From Candidatus Falkowbacteria bacterium (GTDB lineage: Bacteria > Patescibacteriota > Patescibacteriia > UBA11705 > JACRDX01), in assembly GCA_043798985.1 (NCBI GenBank), contig JAZDOE010000008.1, positions 2,332-66,331 on the forward strand: DNA of 64,000 nt, given 5' to 3'. How positions within the stretch are numbered: the stretch's first letter is position 1; each line of letters opens with the position of its first letter. Shown here in pieces: positions 57,513 through 64,000 of the stretch. The translations under genes and the position numbers were made by a program. The notes under the pieces were generated by a model, which saw nothing but the letters and a program-made list of their open reading frames with translations, was not told the DNA's origin and did no database searches.

Positions 57513-60436
57513 AGTTTGATTTTAACAATTTCTTCGTTGACTTTTACGTCAACATTGCCCTCGCCCTCTTTAATGTCACTCGCCAAAACCGATTCCTTAA
57601 GTTTTGCCAGCATTTGTCCGTCAGCCAACAAATCTTTCAGCGCAACGCTGTCCGTTTGGTAGCTGATGACAACGCGGTCGCTAATGGTAAGCCCCTGCTT
57701 TTTTCGCAAAGAATTAATCTGCCGAACAAACTCACGCAACAAACCTTCTTTTTGTAGCTCCGCGGAAATTTCTTGTGCCAAATTTATTGACGCTGCCGAA
57801 TCAGTTTTGAGTTTGAATCCAACTTTGTTGTTAATTTTTGCCGCGGAAACAACCTCTTTCACGTTCACCTCTTCGGCAATAATGTTTTCAATTTCCGTGT
57901 CTAACGTTTTTTTATTGGGTAAAAAATATTCCAACGTTGCCAATGGCTGCCGAACTTTTATTTTCAATTCTTCGCGGCTAGCCAAGGCCAACTCAACGAT
58001 TTTCCTCGCCAACTCCATTTGCCCCAAAATTTCATTTTGCGACTTTTCTAATGCTTGCCGGCCGAAGCCTTGGCGAAGGCTGGGCCAATCTTCAAGGTGC
58101 ACTGACTCACGCGCAGCCTCGACGTTCATTTCCAAATAAATATGCTCGCTCAAAAACGGGGTGAATGGCGCCATGACTAAACTCAATTTGTATAAAACAA
58201 ATCCCAGCGTTTTAATTGCATCATTTTTATCAACTTCATCCGTTCGTTTAAATCTGTCACGCGATCGGCGAACAAACCACGTGGAAAGTTCGTTGATAAA
58301 ATCGCCGATTGGACGTTCTGCGTCAGCAATATTATATTTTTCCATTTTTTCCGTTGTCTCGCGGATCAATAAATTCAATTTTGCCAAAATCCAACGATCC
58401 AAAATGTTTTTGCTTTTCGGAATCGCGCGTTCAACTTGAACTTCTGGTGCATACATTTTATAAAATGACAAAACATTCAACAAAATCAAAACGATCTTTC
58501 GGTAAGCTTCTTCAACGCACTTTTCCGAGAAACACAAATCTTCTGCCTTTGCTACTGGCGATGACATCAAATAATATCGCAAAGCATCTGCTCCGTACTT
58601 TTCAACAATTGCCATTGGATCTGGATAATTTCTTTTGCGTTTTGACATTTTTTGGCCATCTTCTGCCAAAACCGTACCATTCACAATGACATTTTTAAAC
58701 GCTGAACTTTTAAACAAGCCAGTACTCAAAACATGCATTACGTAAAACCACGCGCGAGTATGATCAACCCCTTCCGCGATAAATTCAGCCGGAAAATTTG
58801 CTTCAAATTTTTCTTTATTTTCAAAAGGATAATGAAATTGTCCGTATGGCATTGACGCTGACTCAACCCAACAATCCAAAACTTCCGGAACGCGTCGCGT
58901 TTTTTGTTGGCATTTGGGACACACCAACTCTATTTTATCCACAAATTGTTTGTGCAAATTTTCCACTTTTTTGCCGGACAATTTTTCCAATTCTTCTCGC
59001 GAACCAACCACAATCACCTCGCCGCACGCGCATTTCCAGACGGGCATTGGATTTCCCCAATAGCGCGAGCGAGAAATTGCCCAATCGCGAGCACCTTCCA
59101 GCCATTTGCCAAATCTACCTTCTTTAATATGTTCTGGAAACCAATAAATTTTTTTCGCCTGTTTTAATAAATCGTCTTTAATTTTCGTGACCGCGATAAA
59201 CCAAGATAATGTCGTGTAATTCAACAACGGCGTGTCGCAACGCCAGCAATGCGGGTAGCTGTGTGTATATTCTTTACTTTCAAAAACCAAACCTTGCTTT
59301 TGTAAATATTCAACGACCAATTTGTCAGTTGCCATTGGATTTTCTTTTGGCTTAACTTCAACTCCTGCAAAATCTTTGATCTCGTCAACAAATTTTCCAT
59401 TTTGCAAAACATGCTGAATAAACGGCAGATTTTTCTCTTTGCCAAGCAACATGTCATCCTCGCCAAAGGCCGGAGCAATATGAACAACGCCTGTTCCATC
59501 TTCAGTTGAAACAAAATCCGCTGTCACAACTTTGTACAAATTTTCTTTGTTCAACATGTCAACATTAACAAAATAATCAAACAACGGTTTATAACTTTTC
59601 TCGACTAACATTTTGCCTTTAAATTCAGAAACTATTTCAAATTCTTTTTCTGCAAAAACATCCGGCGCCAATACTTTGGCAACGATGTATTTAACATTTG
59701 GTTCAGACTTTTCAACAACCAACGCATAGTCAACATTAGCACCAACGGCCAAGGCAACATTGCCGGGCAATGTCCATGGAGTCGTTGTCCAAGCAAGGAC
59801 AAATGTTCCGGGTTGATCAACCAGCTCAAATTTTGCTGTCACTGACAAATCAACAATATCGCGATAACCTTCAGCAACTTCAATATTGCTCAAAGTCGTT
59901 TCGCACCGCGGACAAATATGCATGGATTTTTTGCCTTCGTAAATCAACTTTTTGTCCCAAAGAGATTTAAATACCCACCAGACAGATTCCATAAACTTCA
60001 AATCCATTGTTTTGTAATCGTTTTCCATGTCAACCCAACGCCCGATCCGCTCAATAATTTTTTTCCATTCTTCCGCGTATGTCAAAACTTTTGACTCGCA
60101 AGCTTCGTTAAATTTTGCCACTCCTAATTTCTCAATTTCTTGGCGGGAATTTAATTTTAATTCTTGTTCAACAATGTTTTCAATCGGCAAGCCATGACAA
60201 TCCCAGCCCCATTTGCGCTCAACGCGACGACCTTTCATTGTCCAAAAACGCGGCACAATATCTTTTATTGTGCTGGCAACAATGTGGCCATAATGCGGCA
60301 AACCCGTGGCAAATGGCGGGCCATCGTAAAAAACATAAGAATTTTTCGCGTCTCTTTGCTCAACCGACTTTTCAAAAATCTTATTTTCTTTCCAAAATTT
60401 CAATAATTCTTCTTCTCTTTTCTGAAATGGTGTCAT
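57500..60436 (-). CDS. ileS: Isoleucyl-tRNA synthetase (type 2)
   Basis: DGPPFATGLPHYGH, GWDCHGLP, WTTTPWTLP, SRSRYWG, KMSKR. Confidence 0.98.
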   Translation of the reverse strand: MTPFQKREEELLKFWKENKIFEKSVEQRDAKNSYVFYDGPPFATGLPHYGHIVASTIKDIVPRFWTMKGRRVERKWGWDCHGLPIENIVEQELKLNSRQEIEKLGVAKFNEACESKVLTYAEEWKKIIERIGRWVDMENDYKTMDLKFMESVWWVFKSLWDKKLIYEGKKSMHICPRCETTLSNIEVAEGYRDIVDLSVTAKFELVDQPGTFVLAWTTTPWTLPGNVALAVGANVDYALVVEKSEPNVKYIVAKVLAPDVFAEKEFEIVSEFKGKMLVEKSYKPLFDYFVNVDMLNKENLYKVVTADFVSTEDGTGVVHIAPAFGEDDMLLGKEKNLPFIQHVLQNGKFVDEIKDFAGVEVKPKENPMATDKLVVEYLQKQGLVFESKEYTHSYPHCWRCDTPLLNYTTLSWFIAVTKIKDDLLKQAKKIYWFPEHIKEGRFGKWLEGARDWAISRSRYWGNPMPVWKCACGEVIVVGSREELEKLSGKKVENLHKQFVDKIELVCPKCQQKTRRVPEVLDCWVESASMPYGQFHYPFENKEKFEANFPAEFIAEGVDHTRAWFYVMHVLSTGLFKSSAFKNVIVNGTVLAEDGQKMSKRKRNYPDPMAIVEKYGADALRYYLMSSPVAKAEDLCFSEKCVEEAYRKIVLILLNVLSFYKMYAPEVQVERAIPKSKNILDRWILAKLNLLIRETTEKMEKYNIADAERPIGDFINELSTWFVRRSRDRFKRTDEVDKNDAIKTLGFVLYKLSLVMAPFTPFLSEHIYLEMNVEAARESVHLEDWPSLRQGFGRQALEKSQNEILGQMELARKIVELALASREELKIKVRQPLATLEYFLPNKKTLDTEIENIIAEEVNVKEVVSAAKINNKVGFKLKTDSAASINLAQEISAELQKEGLLREFVRQINSLRKKQGLTISDRVVISYQTDSVALKDLLADGQMLAKLKESVLASDIKEGEGNVDVKVNEEIVKIKLWIP

Positions 60437-60544
60437 AAAAAAATGTAATTTGTAATATGAATACATAATACAAAATTTAGCGCTAAAAATCAACCTTAAA
60501 AATTTTGACATTTTTTGCGCAAAAACGGATAATAAATAAACATT

Positions 60545-61849
60545 ATGCTTCTAACAATTTCGTTAATTTTTCGCGCGATCAGTTTAATCAACATGCAGGC
60601 GGCCATTTGTGTTTTAATCGCGCTCTTACCAACATACCTGATTCGATTCAAACTTTTTGGGCTGCCGACAACATTCTTGGAAATAATGTTGATAATGGTA
60701 ATCGGCGGATGGATAGCGAAAAAATTGCTTGCGAAAAATTTTAAAAAATCAATCGCGGAAATTTTCAATAAAATTCCAAAAATCTTAAAAATCATTATCG
60801 GATTTTTTTTATTGTCCGCGACAATCAGCCTTTTCATTTCACCAAACACTTTGGATGCGCTGGGAATTTGGAAAGCGTACTTTATTGAACCAATTATCTT
60901 GTTTCTAATTTGTCTTGATGTTTTTCAAACAAAAGATGACGCGAAAAAAATCATTGGCGCGTTGGCAATCAGCGCGTTCTTTGTCAGTGCCATGGCAGTC
61001 GTACAAAAATTCAGCGGATGGTTTGTGCCTTACACTTTTTGGGGCAAAGATAACGTGTACCGCGTCACCAGTTTTTACGGGTTTCCAAACGCGATCGGCC
61101 TATACCTTGTCCCGATTTTTCCATTACTCCTTTTGAAACTAACAACCAGCTGGAAAAAATTTACAGCTGTACACAAACGAGAAAAAATAAAAAGTTTTGG
61201 CAAAATTTTTATTCTGATCTTATCAATCGCGTTCAGCGTGCTGGCCATAATTTGGTCTCATTCAACAGGAGCAATGGCCGCGATTATAGGCGGCGCTCTC
61301 ATTATTGCTTTACTAAACAAAAAAACGCGCTGGCTCGCGATTTTATTAATTATCATTGCAGGAGTTTTAATTTATTTAAACCCCGCGCCAAAAATCGTCA
61401 GTGAAATTTTATTGAAAGACTGGTCTGGCCAAGTAAGAATAAAAATGTGGCAAGAAACTTGGACAATGCTCAAAGATAATCCGATTTTTGGCGCGGGGTT
61501 ATCCGGATACCAAACAACAATCGCTCCGTATCACATCTGGCCATTCGTTGAAATATTCATGTACCCACACAATTTTATTTTAACATTTTGGTCTGAACTT
61601 GGATTGCTTGGATTGCTAAGCTGGATTGGTTTGTTAATATTTATTTTCAAACTATCAACGCGCACAGACAGAACAATCGCGCTCGCTGTAATTTGGAGCG
61701 TGTCCGCAATTATAATCCACGGACTGGTTGATGTTCCTTATTTTAAAAACGATTTATCAATTCTTTTTTGGTTATTATTCGCGCTGCTATGTTTATCTTC
61801 GCGGCAAAACGATCATGACCATCACGTCAACCTCATTCCCAAAAATTAA
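60545..61849 (+). CDS. O-antigen ligase family membrane protein
   Basis: Multi-TM; RVTSFYGFPN, R..MW, PIFGAG, PHN...WSELG, HGLVD. Confidence 0.88.
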   Translation: MLLTISLIFRAISLINMQAAICVLIALLPTYLIRFKLFGLPTTFLEIMLIMVIGGWIAKKLLAKNFKKSIAEIFNKIPKILKIIIGFFLLSATISLFISPNTLDALGIWKAYFIEPIILFLICLDVFQTKDDAKKIIGALAISAFFVSAMAVVQKFSGWFVPYTFWGKDNVYRVTSFYGFPNAIGLYLVPIFPLLLLKLTTSWKKFTAVHKREKIKSFGKIFILILSIAFSVLAIIWSHSTGAMAAIIGGALIIALLNKKTRWLAILLIIIAGVLIYLNPAPKIVSEILLKDWSGQVRIKMWQETWTMLKDNPIFGAGLSGYQTTIAPYHIWPFVEIFMYPHNFILTFWSELGLLGLLSWIGLLIFIFKLSTRTDRTIALAVIWSVSAIIIHGLVDVPYFKNDLSILFWLLFALLCLSSRQNDHDHHVNLIPKN

Positions 61850-61867
61850 TTTGCGAGAATGAAAAAA

Positions 61868-61940
61868 TGGACTGTAAGAGACTCGAACTCTTGACCCCCT
61901 GCTTGCAAAGCAGGTGCTCTACCAACTGAGCTAACAGCCC
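61868..61940 (-). tRNA. tRNA-Ala(TGC)
   Basis: CCTGC-TTTGCAA-GCAGG; G3:U70. Confidence 0.97.
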
Positions 61941-62068
61941 AAAATTTAATTGTAATTTCATACTACACCAAAAAAAACAAAAAATCAATCCTGTTGCATG
62001 GTTTCAAACTATTTGCTGTGGACATTTATTTTATCAACGCCGAGCAAACGTGATATAATATTGTTAAT

Positions 62069-62203
62069 ATGTTCGGTTTTTTTATTGACATAATCGGATC
62101 AAGTTTAGACGACTTCCCTCTTGGCGCGCTAAAATTTGTTTTAAGCGGTATCGCGCTTTTCGGATTTGTTGGCGTTGCGATTTATTGCGCGTTCAATATT
62201 TAA
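62069..62203 (+). CDS. Possible 44-aa membrane peptide
   Basis: MFGFFIDIIGSSLDDFPLGALKFVLSGIALFGFVGVAIYCAFNI, 10 nt after TGATATAAT. Confidence 0.4.
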   Translation: MFGFFIDIIGSSLDDFPLGALKFVLSGIALFGFVGVAIYCAFNI

Positions 62204-62299
62204 TCAGTTATCCACAGATTTGAAATAAAAAATTTGTTATATCCAAAAAACATTTTATAATAGAAGAAAGGAACGAAAAAATAAAAGGGATCGAAAACT

Positions 62300-62491
62300 A
62301 TGCCAATGAAAAAACGCAAGGTGGCCAAAAGAAAGGTCGCTCGCCCGCCGCGAAGCAGGGCTAAAAAAACAAAAAAGGCAAGAAAACCAGCTTGCCGATG
62401 CAAGAAACCAGCGAAGAGAAAGGTTGCAAAAAGAAAAGTCGCGAAACGAAAGCCAGCAAAAAAACGAAAAGCCGCAAAACGACGCAAGTAA
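62300..62491 (+). CDS. Small Lys/Arg-rich histone H1-like protein
   Basis: 63 aa with repeated KRKVA/KPAK units; followed by a hairpin. Confidence 0.75.
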   Translation: MPMKKRKVAKRKVARPPRSRAKKTKKARKPACRCKKPAKRKVAKRKVAKRKPAKKRKAAKRRK

Positions 62492-62501
62492 GATATAAAA
62501 A

Positions 62502-62530
62502 TTGTCCCCCACTAAGTTAGTGGGGGACAA
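62502..62530. terminator. Bidirectional terminator-like hairpin
   Basis: TTGTCCCCCACTAA-G-TTAGTGGGGGACAA flanked by A/T tracts, between convergent genes. Confidence 0.8.
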
Positions 62531-62545
62531 TTTTTATTCAAACAT

Positions 62546-63874
62546 TTAAAACAAAACGTTTTGTCTCGGCTTCATTTCTTTCACCTCATCTTCTGAAAAA
62601 ACTTTTACGACACCATACTCGCCATCATATCCGGGTTTAATTGCAACTTTTCCATCGCGCACTTTCAAAATCGCGCCGGCTATTACGTCATTTGAAATCC
62701 TTACAAGTTCTTCTTGATTCAAATCAAGCAAAATTTCAAACTCTGTTTTTTGTTCCAACATTTTTTCATACGAACCGCGCACGCGCTTGCTCGCCGTTCC
62801 TTGTTGCAAACATTCTGCAATTATTTCTTTCAGCGGAACCAAGCTGCGAAACGGCACAACATTTTCCGGTCTAAAACCAACCTCGCGATCAGCCAAATCT
62901 TGCACGCGATGATCAACGCCAAGCGTCAATTCTTTTTTACAGACAGGACAAATATTTTTCAATTTTGCGCTATCTTTTGGCGCGCAAGAAAATTTACATT
63001 TCATGTGGCCATCCCAATGATATTTTCCCTCTTCCGGAAAAAATTCAACGGTGTATGCCAGCGATAGTCGATCGACTGATTGTGAAACAGACTGACGTCG
63101 CGCAAGAGAGCTGTTTTTTATTGCTTCAATAATATCTTCATAATCAAAATTTCCGCCAGAGGCGGATCGACCTTGGGTCGAAAAAACATTCGCTTCCCGC
63201 CCCAAATTTTCCGGACTGTGCGCGTCAGAATTTGAAATCAACGCGATCTTATCCAATTTGGAAAGCCGCCAATTCATACTCGGATCTGATGACAATCCAG
63301 TCTCTATCGCATAAATATCTGGCGTTAATTCTTCAAAACATTCTTCCAAAGAATCATAGCCGGACTTTGAACCAAAAACCGCGAACCATGGTGTCCACGC
63401 GTGCGCCGGAACCAAAAACATACGGTCATCAACCTCCAAACAAATTTTTAAAACTTCTTTTGCCGACAATCCGATTATTGGCCTGCCGTCAGATTTCAAA
63501 TTGCATCCGCGTTTTAACAATTCAGCGTTAAATTTATCAACAGCAGCAAAGCTTGGCGCGAATAACAGCAAATGCAATCTCCGCGTTTTTTCTTTGTCTT
63601 TGTAAATGCAACTTATTTCGCTGGACAGCAGAAAGCTGGTAGCTTGTAGGCTGGTAGCTGGTAGGTCGGAATTAACTAATTTCAATAAACCGCTACCATC
63701 TTCAACCAATTTTTCTTTCAGCTCTTTCAAATATTGCGGGTGCGTAAAATCTCCGGTTGCCAAAATCTGGATCCCCTTTTTGCGCGCCCATAAATCCAAA
63801 TGTTCAACATCCATTTGTTTGGATGTGGCGCGCGAATATTTTGAATGTATATGCAAATCCGCGATTACACGCAT
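62546..63874 (-). CDS. Endonuclease Q family PHP-domain protein
   Basis: ADLHIHSKYSRATS, TGDFTHP, PAHAWTPW, ETGLSSD, SNSDAHS, GKYH.DGH..C, PGYDG.YG. Confidence 0.92.
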   Translation of the reverse strand: MRVIADLHIHSKYSRATSKQMDVEHLDLWARKKGIQILATGDFTHPQYLKELKEKLVEDGSGLLKLVNSDLPATSLQATSFLLSSEISCIYKDKEKTRRLHLLLFAPSFAAVDKFNAELLKRGCNLKSDGRPIIGLSAKEVLKICLEVDDRMFLVPAHAWTPWFAVFGSKSGYDSLEECFEELTPDIYAIETGLSSDPSMNWRLSKLDKIALISNSDAHSPENLGREANVFSTQGRSASGGNFDYEDIIEAIKNSSLARRQSVSQSVDRLSLAYTVEFFPEEGKYHWDGHMKCKFSCAPKDSAKLKNICPVCKKELTLGVDHRVQDLADREVGFRPENVVPFRSLVPLKEIIAECLQQGTASKRVRGSYEKMLEQKTEFEILLDLNQEELVRISNDVIAGAILKVRDGKVAIKPGYDGEYGVVKVFSEDEVKEMKPRQNVLF

Positions 63875-63877
63875 ATT

Positions 63878-64000
63878 TTATTTTTTTAACAAACGCTCAA
63901 CTATTGCCAATTGCTCTGGCGTATTAACGCCAACGCACTCAATCGGATGAATTTTCAAACTATTTATTTTTATACCCTGCTCAACGGCCAGCTCAATTAA
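63878..64000 (-). CDS. 3' end of a GlmU-like NTP-transferase (runs off window end)
   Basis: ...LIELAVEQG...ECVGVNTPEQLAIVERLLKK*. Confidence 0.65.
   Translation of the reverse strand, partial: LIELAVEQGIKINSLKIHPIECVGVNTPEQLAIVERLLKK

Noticed and set aside
61941-62299. Replication origin
   Set aside because: Only one perfect DnaA box, no dnaA/dnaN nearby, and no sustained switch in gene strand.

Overview
A 64-kb chromosomal segment, mostly minus-strand, from a Patescibacteria/CPR bacterium (inferred from the missing rpmD/L30 in the spc operon, a DUF4012 protein, split ComEC, tRNA-Ile(UAU) and few Shine-Dalgarno motifs). It holds the str/S10/spc ribosomal cluster, five aminoacyl-tRNA synthetases, dnaE, pyk, recO, ruvA, ruvX, ndk, comEC, glycosyltransferases, 11 intact tRNA genes and a probable 6S RNA. 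Three unusual layers sit on this housekeeping backbone. (1) Four tRNA loci (Val-CAC, Ile-UAU, Arg-CCG, Pro-CGG) carry a broken relic of the same isoacceptor interrupted at equivalent positions by shared GC-rich hairpins. One locus has a GIY-YIG nuclease gene between relic and intact copy, and another has an intact tRNA-Ile(UAU) nested in the anticodon of the dead one. (2) Two paralogous genes flanking ruvA differ in a 24-codon C-terminal block with the codon pattern of DGR variable regions; no reverse transcriptase or template repeat is visible in the window. (3) At least six families of short palindromic or low-complexity repeats are embedded in-frame in housekeeping genes. A candidate terminator/antiterminator switch lies between rpsJ and rplC. 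All calls were made by eye; no database searches were run.
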